Shown here one piece after another: positions 8,153 to 17,771 of a DNA stretch of 32,000 nucleotides. The stretch comes from an uncultured archaeon (lineage in GTDB: Archaea > Asgardarchaeota > Lokiarchaeia > Sigyniarchaeales > Promethearchaeaceae): positions 1 to 32,000 of the forward strand of contig CAYRPF010000028.1 in NCBI GenBank assembly GCA_964426185.1, written 5' to 3'. Every line of letters starts with the position of its first letter. Positions within the stretch are counted from its first letter, which is position 1. The position numbers and the translations under genes were made by a program. Under the pieces are notes generated by a model, which was not told the origin of the DNA, did no database searches, and worked only from the letters and a program-made list of their open reading frames with translations.

Positions 8153-9541
8153 TCATTCTTCTTCTTCTCGATTTGCCGAGGTATACTCTATTTCAGGATA
8201 ATATTTCACCGAGATTACTCCCGGAAAAGTTTCTATTTTCTTAGTTATCATAAAAAGTCTTGCTACAGATCGAAATGCTGCATGAAATATTATTCCAACG
8301 CGCCCAAAAGTTAGATACACTTCACTAATCTCTCGGAAACCATGAACATATTTCAAAAATGGTTCAATTTCGGAATTTTTTATCCTAATTTGGAACAAAA
8401 TTAATCGGTAGTTGGCACTTTCGTGCAAGTATCGAATAATAATTGAAATAATAAGAAAAATCGAGGTGATAATAACATAATTGAGCGAAATTGGTTCTAA
8501 CCAAATGAAAATTCCGATATATAGACCTACCAAAGGCTGAAGCACTGTTAATACGCTATTCCAAGAATCAAAACCTAATTCATGTTTTGGCCAATTTCCC
8601 GAGGCGAAGACTTGGATCATGTAGGGGATAAGAGTACAGAATACAGCTATGGAGAGAATTGCGGGATTTATTAGAAAATTTGGCAGTTTTTTTAAATCTT
8701 CAAATATAAATCTATGAGCTTCGGTGCCAGCAACGGTTGAATGGTCAGTAATACCTATTATCAACATTAGAATCAAAAATATAAGAGATCCCAACAAATG
8801 GATTCCAAACAATTTATAAAAAGAACGTATTAGTCCCAGATCTTTTCTAATTTCTTGAGAAATATCTTTTGAGATTTTGGAAGTTGGAATTAATTGAACT
8901 CTATATAAGGAATCTTGACTAATATAGACAGAATATAATATAAATGCAAAAGTTGTCAGAATTAGGATGAGAAATCCAAAAAATGTCAAATTGGCCTCTG
9001 AAGTTGATTCATAACTGAGCGTAATCGAAATTATTCCCGCTGTGAGTAAAAATAAATAAATTAACTTAAATCCATCCATTTCTTCAACTCGTCTTGTCCA
9101 GTTTTGAACTGTAATAAAGAGGATTGGGAGTGCATTTACAATTATCGTGCTCATAATGACCCCAACAAGCTGAAAACTTAAGTAATAAAAGGGAACAACA
9201 ATGCCTACTAATAAAAAACCAAGAAATGCTAAATAGAAAATCTGTGGCTTCCCACGTAAGAAAAATTTGTTTTTTCTAAAAAAATAGGATTTTAACGATG
9301 TTATAATTAAAAAACCGAGTTTTGGAGGGGAATTTTCCATACTTTTCTTACGTAGAGTGAGAAAAATGCGTCCCCAAAGAAAAATTAAAATCATGAATTC
9401 AAAAATTGCAGCAACGATGAAACGACTGAAGCCTATGGTGAAAGGGCTAATACCTGGAATGAATTTGATAAATAAAGGGCCTAACCCGATAAACAAATTT
9501 CCCAAGATTAATAAAAATAAGAATAAATTCATAATTTTCAC
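8153..9541 (-). CDS. DMT/EamA-like membrane transporter fused to a C-terminal Lrp/AsnC ligand-binding (RAM) domain
   Basis: About 10 hydrophobic segments with EamA-like signatures (ISPFTIGFSR, LQPLVGLYIGIFIWLEP). The last ~85 aa (EISEVYLTFGRVGII...IETFPGV) follow the AsnC C-terminal pattern. Confidence 0.7.
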   Translation of the reverse strand: MKIMNLFLFLLILGNLFIGLGPLFIKFIPGISPFTIGFSRFIVAAIFEFMILIFLWGRIFLTLRKKSMENSPPKLGFLIITSLKSYFFRKNKFFLRGKPQIFYLAFLGFLLVGIVVPFYYLSFQLVGVIMSTIIVNALPILFITVQNWTRRVEEMDGFKLIYLFLLTAGIISITLSYESTSEANLTFFGFLILILTTFAFILYSVYISQDSLYRVQLIPTSKISKDISQEIRKDLGLIRSFYKLFGIHLLGSLIFLILMLIIGITDHSTVAGTEAHRFIFEDLKKLPNFLINPAILSIAVFCTLIPYMIQVFASGNWPKHELGFDSWNSVLTVLQPLVGLYIGIFIWLEPISLNYVIITSIFLIISIIIRYLHESANYRLILFQIRIKNSEIEPFLKYVHGFREISEVYLTFGRVGIIFHAAFRSVARLFMITKKIETFPGVISVKYYPEIEYTSANREEEE

Positions 9542-9602
9542 TTATATATTGAAAGATTTTTTCGTTTTTTTTGAATTTTAAGGCATTTTACCCTAAATAT
9601 AA

Positions 9603-9854
9603 TCATTTAAGGGAAAATTTCTTGATAACTACTTGTGTGTAAGTTTCTTGGATTCCAGGCAAATTATCTAAATGTTGGTGATAGAATTCATAAATATCTT
9701 CAGTATCTTCCCCTTCAATTTCAATCATTCCATTATAATCTCCTGTTAATCGATAATAAGCCTTAATTTGGGGACATTTTAATAAATAGTCCTTTACCTT
9801 CTCTCGCTCATTTCGTTCGATTTGGAGAAAACAAAAAGCTGTCAGTTTTTTCAT
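9603..9854 (-). CDS. Stand-alone Lrp/AsnC ligand-binding (RAM) domain protein, no HTH
   Basis: YYRLTGDYNGMIEI...LDNLPGIQETYTQVV; ATG at 9854 preferred over GTG at 9866. Confidence 0.85.
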   Translation of the reverse strand: MKKLTAFCFLQIERNEREKVKDYLLKCPQIKAYYRLTGDYNGMIEIEGEDTEDIYEFYHQHLDNLPGIQETYTQVVIKKFSLK

Positions 9855-9905
9855 AATTTCACACAAAAAAAAGCAATCAAAACCAATAAAAATTTGTATT
9901 ATTCG

Positions 9906-10412
9906 TTAAGTCGAATCATTTCGGTGTTTTCGGGGAGGTTGATGTTTATCTAAAAATTTTTTTAGATTTGAATCCAATTGGCTCCTTAAATCAGAATCAT
10001 AAAATGCAGATAGTTCTTCTTGGGCTTTTGGATAAAATTTCTTACTTAAGAGTTCTTCCTTGCGTTCATAGTATTCTATTAAAAGAGTAATATTTTCATC
10101 AATAACATCTGCTGTGGTTGATTCAGATTCTAAAATCCGTAGTATTTTCATTAACAAATCTAAAAAATGATATGAATAACCCAGAGCTGCTTTTTGTACT
10201 GCTTTTTTTGTTTTACTGCTGCTCGAATAATTTATTTGATTGTATTTTTGCAATACTTTGTTAAGAATTCTATTATATTCTCCTATTGCAGGGATGATTA
10301 ATTCATGCAATCGATTTCGCGCAGTCAACTCCTTCTCTGATTCATCTTCACATTTCTGGTAATTTTTAGAAAATTTTGTGATCTTTTGTTCTAAAAGATG
10401 TAGCGCTTTCAC
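9906..10412 (-). CDS. Hypothetical alpha-helical protein
   Basis: 168-aa ORF, co-oriented with neighbours, no recognisable motif. Confidence 0.6.
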   Translation of the reverse strand: MKALHLLEQKITKFSKNYQKCEDESEKELTARNRLHELIIPAIGEYNRILNKVLQKYNQINYSSSSKTKKAVQKAALGYSYHFLDLLMKILRILESESTTADVIDENITLLIEYYERKEELLSKKFYPKAQEELSAFYDSDLRSQLDSNLKKFLDKHQPPRKHRNDST

Positions 10413-10597
10413 GATTAATATTCTCTAGAGAGCTTGTAAATAAATTGTTTGTTTTTTTCAAATATTTGTTAGCTTCCATCAAGTACTTTATTTTCATACC
10501 ATACTGAGAAAAGATCGTCATATTACCTTGAATTATATCAACCGAGCAATTTTTGTCAAGTGGTTATTAAAGTTACATTGATAAATTGTTATAGTGA

Positions 10598-13195
10598 TTG
10601 TGGCTCATGATAGGGGATAATTCCAAGGTTTCATCCAAGATTTCTTTTGATATTTCATCCAAATCAACTGATTTTCTTAAGAAAAAATCTGAAATTGATT
10701 ATTCCATGCAAGAATTTACCACAATGTTTCACAATGTGCTTATAAAGATAAGAGATGAACTCCTCATCTCATTTTCTGAAAATCCGACATTAATTAAACC
10801 TTCAAATGATTTATATGAATTTCTCAAAGATGAAACTCTTTTGGAGCTGAAAGATGAAAATTTTTTGCTTCAAGCTTCAGAAATGGGTGCATTCTATCTG
10901 TTGAATAAAATTTTTTATTATGAATTTATACGACAACAAGTTCGAGAATCACATGCCATAAAACTTCCCCAAATTTATTCCTCCAAATTATCTGAAAGTC
11001 TTCCTTGTCAAGTTTTGAAGAATTTTAAGATTCTTGAAGAACTATTTGAAGTCGCGCCAATATTCAGTAACAATCCTTATTTTAAAATCCTCGAAGTTTT
11101 TCCTTCATTCAATAATGTCATTGCCATACTCTCTACTTTTATTTCAGAGATAAGCCGTATGAACTTTCTGCATCTTCAAGTAGATTTTTTGGGGAATTTT
11201 TTTCAAGAATTATTACCTGGATTAGATCGAAAATTACTCGGCCAAATCTATACTCCTCCAGAAATTGCGAAACTAATGGTTGAGCTGGCTATCCGTTCAC
11301 CTAATGATACGGTGCTGGATCCAGCTTGTGGATGTGGTAGTTTGCTTTTACAAAGTTATAGGCGCTTAAACAAGTTAAAAGATCAAAATATTTCAAAATC
11401 TTCCCCAAATTCGAAGGAATTTCTAAACTCCTTTCATAATCATGTATTAAATCAATTATGGGGGATCGAAATTAATCCTTTTCCAGCGCATATTTCCATG
11501 CTATCTCTTTCACTCTTGAATTTATCATCCATAACTGATAGTGTGGGTATTTTTTTAGAGGATTTCCTTAAATTAGGCCCATTAAAAACGTATATAGTGA
11601 AATCGAAGAATTTACAAAATGGGCATATTATCACGCGCGTATTGCCTTCTTTTTTTGATGTTGTTATCGCCAACCCTCCATATATTAAACAGGAAAAAAT
11701 CCCGAATAAGAAAGAAATGATGTGCCAATTACCCTTATTTGCTTCTCAAAGGGTTAATTTCCAAAAAAAAAGGAATTTTTCTGGTGAAATCCCTTCAAAA
11801 AAAAGAATTAAATTAGGTCTCACGGGAAAAACAGATTACTATGGCTTCTTCTTATGGTATGCTACCTATTTTTTGAAAGAAGGAGGTCGACTTTGCTTTA
11901 TTCTTCCAAATAAGTGGATGGATGTTAAATATGGTGAAAAATTGAAGGAATTTCTATTGGCAAATTATAAAATTAATGCGATAATCGGATTTGACCAGAA
12001 TGTTTTCCCAAAAGCACAAGTTTCAACAGTAATTTTATTAGCAGACAGATGCAATTCAGCCACAATGCGTAAATCTACCGAAGTGCAGTTTCTTCGCCTG
12101 CAATCGCCGAAAGTTTTTCCCCTCATTACGAAGATATTAAAATCCAGAGATCAAGATGCTATTATTCCATCTAACGAGGGTGAATCTTTCAGTGGATCCC
12201 GTGAACTCACTAAACACAACCGAATTCAGAAGGATTTTCATCCAAATCTTCATAATATTACCTATATTTTTGACAATTCAATATCTGGCATTTCCCGAAC
12301 AATAATCCGGCAAAAATTTCTGGATGCTGAAGAAAAATGGTCCATGAAGTATCTTTTTCAAAGCAGGTTCGCCCGTTTTCTGTCTCAATGTGACCTTCTA
12401 TCATTGGATAATGGAATTTTCACTCGAGTGGTAGGAGGAATTAAAACTGGAGCAAACGCATTTTTCTTTCCTTCTTCAGAATTAATCGAGCAATTTTGTT
12501 TTCCTTCACATTATCTGAAACCTGGAATTCGTTCGGGGCGAAATTTACCCGATACTTTTATAATTAATTCATCCATCGACCTATTTGTATCAATCCCTCC
12601 AGAATTAAATTCCCATGAATCTCCGGAAATTTCTGCCTACATAAAATACGGAGAAGAAAAAGAAAAATATCCCAAGCGACCTTCGCTGCATTGGAAACCT
12701 TGGTATGCAATTCCCGAAAGTCAACAAGATTCTCCTGATATATTATTTTTACGACATATTGATAAAAATTTTCGGGCTTTTTGGAATAAAATTGGGGCAA
12801 TTGTTGCTGATGGAATACGGGGTATCAAGGTTTTAGATTCAAAATGGCTCTACTTTCTATTAGGTCTATGTAATTCCACCTTTTTTTATTGGCAAGCGCA
12901 TATGTTAGGAAGGTGGGAAGGACAAGGTGATCTTCAATTATTGGTTTATGAACTAAGAAGATTTGTTATACCGAATTTAAACAAAATTTCAGATAGGCAA
13001 AAATCTCGAGTGGTCCATGCGATGAAATCAATCTTAAGCAATTCTCCAAGGATAGATCAAGTTTCCCTTTCACAACAAGAATCATTAGACAGAGCAGTGC
13101 TGGCTTGTTTTGATTTAGAAGGAAAATATGACTTATTGGTGAAAGAAACTCTTGATTTGGAACGAAAACGTATAAATAAGGGGAAATCAGAGTAG
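10598..13195 (+). CDS. N6-adenine DNA methyltransferase, Eco57I/type IIG-like (gamma class) with TRD
   Basis: LGQIYTP, motif I VLDPACGCGSLL, motif IV FDVVIANPPYI, GGIKTGANAFF. Start codon uncertain. Confidence 0.88.
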   Translation: MWLMIGDNSKVSSKISFDISSKSTDFLKKKSEIDYSMQEFTTMFHNVLIKIRDELLISFSENPTLIKPSNDLYEFLKDETLLELKDENFLLQASEMGAFYLLNKIFYYEFIRQQVRESHAIKLPQIYSSKLSESLPCQVLKNFKILEELFEVAPIFSNNPYFKILEVFPSFNNVIAILSTFISEISRMNFLHLQVDFLGNFFQELLPGLDRKLLGQIYTPPEIAKLMVELAIRSPNDTVLDPACGCGSLLLQSYRRLNKLKDQNISKSSPNSKEFLNSFHNHVLNQLWGIEINPFPAHISMLSLSLLNLSSITDSVGIFLEDFLKLGPLKTYIVKSKNLQNGHIITRVLPSFFDVVIANPPYIKQEKIPNKKEMMCQLPLFASQRVNFQKKRNFSGEIPSKKRIKLGLTGKTDYYGFFLWYATYFLKEGGRLCFILPNKWMDVKYGEKLKEFLLANYKINAIIGFDQNVFPKAQVSTVILLADRCNSATMRKSTEVQFLRLQSPKVFPLITKILKSRDQDAIIPSNEGESFSGSRELTKHNRIQKDFHPNLHNITYIFDNSISGISRTIIRQKFLDAEEKWSMKYLFQSRFARFLSQCDLLSLDNGIFTRVVGGIKTGANAFFFPSSELIEQFCFPSHYLKPGIRSGRNLPDTFIINSSIDLFVSIPPELNSHESPEISAYIKYGEEKEKYPKRPSLHWKPWYAIPESQQDSPDILFLRHIDKNFRAFWNKIGAIVADGIRGIKVLDSKWLYFLLGLCNSTFFYWQAHMLGRWEGQGDLQLLVYELRRFVIPNLNKISDRQKSRVVHAMKSILSNSPRIDQVSLSQQESLDRAVLACFDLEGKYDLLVKETLDLERKRINKGKSE

Positions 13196-13261
13196 TTGCA
13201 TATCTGTTTAATTATAAATTGTAACCCTAAATTTTATTATGTAGAACAACATATTGATCAT

Positions 13262-14149
13262 ATGGTATCTACATATCAATCTGTTTCGTCATTGATTTTG
13301 AATCAAAGAAAAATATGTGTGGTTACCGGTGGTACGGATGGAATTGGGAAGGCGATTGCCGCTCAATTGGCTTTGATCGGTCATTTTGTAATAATTGTTG
13401 CCCGAAATGAACTAAAAGGTCAGCGAGTTGTTCAAGACATCAATGAAAAATGCTGTGAATCGCGCGTTGTATTCTACAGGGCTGATTTATCTCTTCTTGA
13501 GGAAACCCATCGAGTGTCTAATTTAATTTTGTCTCATTATTCTCGAATAGATCTATTAATAAACAATGCCGGGGTATTTTCTTCTGTACGCAAAGAAACC
13601 AAGGAGGGTTTTGAACTAACTTTTGCCTTAAATTATTTATCTCCAGTGTTGCTTACTATTTCATTACTTCCAGCACTTAAAGCAAGTCATTCTGCACGCA
13701 TTCTTAACATGACATCGGTGGATCATAAGCTGGCTAGAATTAGGTTCAACGATCTCCAAAGTAATAAATATCCTCTTGGAACCCGCGCTTATGGGCAATC
13801 AAAATTAGCTTTAATGATGTTTACACGCACTTTAGCCAAGAAATTACAATCCTCAACTATTAGAGTAAATGCGATTCATCCAGGTATAATACGTACAAAA
13901 ATTACCGAAAAAACACCTGGTTTTGAAGGTTTTATTACCAAGTGGCTGGTCAAGATATTCGGAACCCCGCTTGATAAATGCGTTAAGAATATTCTTCGGT
14001 TTGCACTGTCTCCCAAATTTGCTAATACAAATGGTGTATATTTTTCCAAAAATAGAATAGGAAGGTGTTCCCCTAGAGCTCGAAACACTAAAGCTGCCGA
14101 AAAATTATGGAAAATTACGTTAAAACTGGTGGAAGGGGACGTTGAATGA
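13262..14149 (+). CDS. Short-chain dehydrogenase/reductase (retinol dehydrogenase-like)
   Basis: TGGTDGIG, NNAG, catalytic YGQSK, HPGIIRT. ATG at 13262 preferred over TTG at 13196. Confidence 0.92.
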   Translation: MVSTYQSVSSLILNQRKICVVTGGTDGIGKAIAAQLALIGHFVIIVARNELKGQRVVQDINEKCCESRVVFYRADLSLLEETHRVSNLILSHYSRIDLLINNAGVFSSVRKETKEGFELTFALNYLSPVLLTISLLPALKASHSARILNMTSVDHKLARIRFNDLQSNKYPLGTRAYGQSKLALMMFTRTLAKKLQSSTIRVNAIHPGIIRTKITEKTPGFEGFITKWLVKIFGTPLDKCVKNILRFALSPKFANTNGVYFSKNRIGRCSPRARNTKAAEKLWKITLKLVEGDVE

Positions 14150-14182
14150 AAAGAATTCGTGAAAAAAATCCTTAATTTTGGC

Positions 14183-15058
14183 TTAAAAGTTAGTAATAAG
14201 CACTTCCGGAATGGCTCCGCGTTTTTTACCATTGCTGTTAATTGCTCTTTTTGCAGAAAGAGTGTGAATATTGTATTCAGAAAACAAATCTAAAATGAAA
14301 TCACAGTAGGAATTTGATAGCATTATATTGCATCCAAGTTCGTTCAATTGTTTGATAATTTCCTTTAAACGAATTTGATCTTCCTTACGGAACAACTCTT
14401 TGGTGTATCCGGTAAAATTTGAAGTTTTAGATAGAGGCATGTACGGGGGATCGAAATAAATAAGACTTTCTTGAGTAGCATAATCCAACACAGATTCAAA
14501 GGAAGCTTCAATAATTTTAATGCCTTGCAGGGCTTCATGAACGGTTCGCAGGTTCTTTTCATCGCAAATTACTGGATTTTTGTATTTACCGAAGGGAACA
14601 TTGAAGTATCCTTTGGAATTAACACGATAAAGACCGTTAAAACAGGTGCGGTTAAGGAAAATCGTGCGAGATGCCTTTTCCATTGGGCTTAAATTAGCAA
14701 ACGAAGAAAATCTGTCCAGCTCTCTGATTTGATAAAAGTATTCCTTTTCATTTTTGTGCTGTTTGAGATGTTCGATAAGTTCATCCACAGATTTCTGGAT
14801 AACCTTATATACATTTATCAAAACTGGATTATTGTCAATTAGAACCGCATTTTCTGGAAGTAAATAGAAGAAAAGAGCGCCACCCCCCACAAATGGCTCA
14901 ATGTAGTGCTTAATTTTGGAAGGAATAAATGGATCTAATTGTTTTAAAAGCTGCCGTTTACCTCCTGCCCATTTCAGAAAAGGGTGCGGTTCTGAAACTA
15001 TTTTAAGATTTTTTCTATTTTGTGCCCGCAATTTAGAGCGATCTAAGGTATCCGACAT
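14183..15058 (-). CDS. dam: Dam-family (D12 class) DNA adenine methyltransferase
   Basis: PFLKWAGGK, EPFVGGGA, FNGLYRVN, YFDPPY, EVLITNF. Confidence 0.93.
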   Translation of the reverse strand: MSDTLDRSKLRAQNRKNLKIVSEPHPFLKWAGGKRQLLKQLDPFIPSKIKHYIEPFVGGGALFFYLLPENAVLIDNNPVLINVYKVIQKSVDELIEHLKQHKNEKEYFYQIRELDRFSSFANLSPMEKASRTIFLNRTCFNGLYRVNSKGYFNVPFGKYKNPVICDEKNLRTVHEALQGIKIIEASFESVLDYATQESLIYFDPPYMPLSKTSNFTGYTKELFRKEDQIRLKEIIKQLNELGCNIMLSNSYCDFILDLFSEYNIHTLSAKRAINSNGKKRGAIPEVLITNF

Positions 15059-15193
15059 CTGTATGTAATAATTGAAGATAATTTAAAAGTTGCATCATGT
15101 TATCGAGTTAATTTCACTAATATGGGAAAATTCCAGATGTCATTTCTTCAAAAAATAAACGGCGAAATCAAATTATAATTGTGATTCGTAAGC

Positions 15194-15244
15194 TTTAAAT
15201 ATTCATTTTTACTATTATAATATAGATGACAACTAAAAGTTGTC
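15194..15244 (+). promoter_or_regulatory. TATA box (TTTAAATA) followed by palindrome GACAACT-aaa-AGTTGTC upstream of the hsp20 cluster
   Basis: TTTAAATA at 15194-15201; perfect 7-bp arms at 15228-15234 and 15238-15244. Confidence 0.55.
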
Positions 15245-15287
15245 TAATGGTTGAATAAATTATAAAAATAAAATTTAGGTGAGCAAC

Positions 15288-15641
15288 ATGACCGATGGTA
15301 AAAAAAATCAAACGAAAACCGAAGAAAATCCTAAAACTGATGAACACCGACTAAAATATCGAATTACACCAAAGTATGGTGTCTATACAGAAGATGACAA
15401 AGTAATTTTACAAGTCGCAATCCCTGGTGTTAAAAAAGAAAACATTCAAATGAAGGCATTAAAAGATTATTTCACCTTGCGGGCTCAACGTGATGAAGAC
15501 ACGGTTTACATGTTAGATTTGGACTTTGGGGTGAAGATCGAGCCAGAAAAAACTTCTTCGAGTTATGAAGAAGGACTATTACGCTTAGAATTTAAACGAT
15601 TCAATCCCTTGGAGCACGCTTATACCGTTCCAATTCAATAA
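15288..15641 (+). CDS. hsp20: Small heat shock protein, Hsp20/alpha-crystallin family (copy 1)
   Basis: IPGVKKENI, YEEGLLRL, C-terminal V-P-I motif; SD AGGTGA before ATG at 15288. Confidence 0.88.
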   Translation: MTDGKKNQTKTEENPKTDEHRLKYRITPKYGVYTEDDKVILQVAIPGVKKENIQMKALKDYFTLRAQRDEDTVYMLDLDFGVKIEPEKTSSSYEEGLLRLEFKRFNPLEHAYTVPIQ

Positions 15642-15697
15642 TACATTTTTTTCTTTAACTAAAACGATAAATTTGAAAAAACAAAAAGGTGATGAAT

Positions 15698-16057
15698 ATG
15701 GCACTCGTAGAAAATGAAAAATCCAAAGCAATGCAAGAATCAAAAACCAAAGAAGAACAAGATGAAGTCTATTATCGGGTTTTCCCCGACATGCGACGCC
15801 GAATCAACTACGAAGATAAGAAAATTTTCATCGAAGTTTCCCTCCCAGGAGTTAAAAAAGAAAACATTACTCTGAAAGTATTACCCACCTGGTTCCATTT
15901 AATTGGTCGACGCGGCCACATGGAATACAGTGCCAACCAAGCTTTTGGTGCTGAAGTGGTGCCTGAAAAAACTAAGGCAAAATATGACAACGGTTTGCTG
16001 GAAATAACCGCCTACATCCGTGATCCAATGGATGATGCTAAGGAAATTTCATTATAA
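15698..16057 (+). CDS. hsp20: Small heat shock protein, Hsp20 family (copy 2)
   Basis: LPGVKKENI, AKYDNGLLEI, C-terminal I-S-L; SD AGGTGA before ATG at 15698. Confidence 0.9.
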   Translation: MALVENEKSKAMQESKTKEEQDEVYYRVFPDMRRRINYEDKKIFIEVSLPGVKKENITLKVLPTWFHLIGRRGHMEYSANQAFGAEVVPEKTKAKYDNGLLEITAYIRDPMDDAKEISL

Positions 16058-16149
16058 TTCAGAAAATATTCAATTTTTTAATTCTCTGTAAATCTCTTTA
16101 CAATAAATTATTAATATCAACCGTAAAAAAACCAAGAAGGTGATAGATT

Positions 16150-16521
16150 ATGTCAACAGTGGAAAAAGAAAAAGAAATGGTGGAAAAAAAGGAAGAAGTA
16201 GCTGAATCCAAAAAATCTGAGGAAGAAATCAAATATCGCATTCGTCCAACCCGATACTTGAATTATGATTGCATTGAAAACAAATGGGAAATGGAGTTTC
16301 ATTTACCTGGTGTTCCAAAGGAGAATGTGAAATTTAAGATCTTAAACGATGCCTATTCTCTCGAAGCTAAGCGGGATCAAGCACTGTATCACTCTAGTGA
16401 GTATTTACCCTTTGAAATAGACACAGACAGCGTTAAAGCGGAGTACAACAATGGACTTCTATATGTGTCAGGAAAAATCAAAGATCCCATGGCTGATGCG
16501 GTAGAAATTAAATTGAACTAA
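16150..16521 (+). CDS. hsp20: Small heat shock protein, Hsp20 family (copy 3)
   Basis: LPGVPKENV, AEYNNGLLYV, C-terminal I-K-L; SD AGGTGA. Confidence 0.9.
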   Translation: MSTVEKEKEMVEKKEEVAESKKSEEEIKYRIRPTRYLNYDCIENKWEMEFHLPGVPKENVKFKILNDAYSLEAKRDQALYHSSEYLPFEIDTDSVKAEYNNGLLYVSGKIKDPMADAVEIKLN

Positions 16522-16625
16522 AAAAAATGGTAATATAAAGCAAATCCAGCTAACTTAACATTTTTTTCTCATTCTTTCAATTCTATTTATTTTTTAACCG
16601 ATTATTTCCTTTATATTAATGATAT

Positions 16626-17696
16626 ATGGGATCAGAAGATTCTAAATTACCTAAAATTCTTTTAATCGGAACCGGTGGGACCATTACTGCCCAAAAAATC
16701 GACCAAGCGTGGTCTCCCGGTAAATTCACCGAAGAAGATTTGCTCCAATTCATCCCGGAAATTCGCAAATTAGCCGAAATCGATACAACTAACCTGTTCA
16801 ACATAGATTCAGTCTGCATGCAGCCAAAGTATTGGGTAAAAATTGCCGAAACCATTCGAAAGGAGTATGATAATTATCAAGGTTTTGTGATCACACACGG
16901 AACCGATACTTTACATTACACTGCTTCATCACTTTCCTTTTTGATGCAAAATTTGACTAAACCTGTTGTTTTAACCGGATCCATGGTGCCACCTCACGTT
17001 CTAGGGACTGATGCTTGGCGGAATTTAACTGATGCAATTAGGGTGGCGGTAGAAACGAAAATTCATGAGGTTTTGATCGTTTTCAATCGAAAAATTCTCC
17101 GTGGCAATCGTACCAAGAAATTTCGGGAGGTGGAATTCGATGCCTATCAATCCATCGGGATGCAACCCATTGGAATAGTCGAACAAGACATTCGCTATTC
17201 GGGAGTCCCCTATTTTTCTCGAGATCAAAATGAAAAGCCAATATTTTACGATAAGATGGAATTGGAAGTCTGTATTCAAAAAATTACTCCTGGATATAAT
17301 CCCGAAATCATTGCTAAGTTGAGAGAAATTGGATATAAAGGTATAGTTACGGAAGGTTTTGGGTCGGGAAATATTCCAATTTATGAAAATTCGTTGATAA
17401 AAGAAATAGAGCAATCTACGCGGGCCAAAATACCTGTAATTGTATGTTCGCAATGTGCTATTGGATTTTCTTGGATGGATTTGTATGAATCGGGGAAAAT
17501 GGCATTGATAGCGGGAGCAATTCCTGGATACGATATGATCGCTGAAACAGCTATGACTAAATTAATGTGGATTTTGGGTAACTTTCCTAATTTGACCATG
17601 GAAGAAATTCGTGCCAAGGTTTTGGAAGATGTTTCAGGTGAGATTTCATCAATAAAAACTCCTAAAGAAAAACGCGCTTGGGAATATGCATTTTAA
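16626..17696 (+). CDS. ansA: L-asparaginase type I (cytoplasmic)
   Basis: GTGGTI, HGTDT, LTGSM, EGFGSGN. No GatD N-terminal domain and no signal peptide. Confidence 0.92.
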   Translation: MGSEDSKLPKILLIGTGGTITAQKIDQAWSPGKFTEEDLLQFIPEIRKLAEIDTTNLFNIDSVCMQPKYWVKIAETIRKEYDNYQGFVITHGTDTLHYTASSLSFLMQNLTKPVVLTGSMVPPHVLGTDAWRNLTDAIRVAVETKIHEVLIVFNRKILRGNRTKKFREVEFDAYQSIGMQPIGIVEQDIRYSGVPYFSRDQNEKPIFYDKMELEVCIQKITPGYNPEIIAKLREIGYKGIVTEGFGSGNIPIYENSLIKEIEQSTRAKIPVIVCSQCAIGFSWMDLYESGKMALIAGAIPGYDMIAETAMTKLMWILGNFPNLTMEEIRAKVLEDVSGEISSIKTPKEKRAWEYAF

Positions 17697-17771
17697 CTAA
17701 AAAAGAAAAAGGTAAAAATTGTTACTTAAAAGAAAGATAGATAAAAAATATAGGATATTTTTATGTAAATA

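Noticed and set aside
10422-10431. 10-bp palindrome TCTCTAGAGA upstream of the hypothetical gene
   Set aside because: Short, single occurrence, compatible with chance.
16626-17696. A third gatD copy
   Set aside because: It lacks the GatD N-terminal domain and the SQRSSDRPSSD motif, so it is a plain type I asparaginase.
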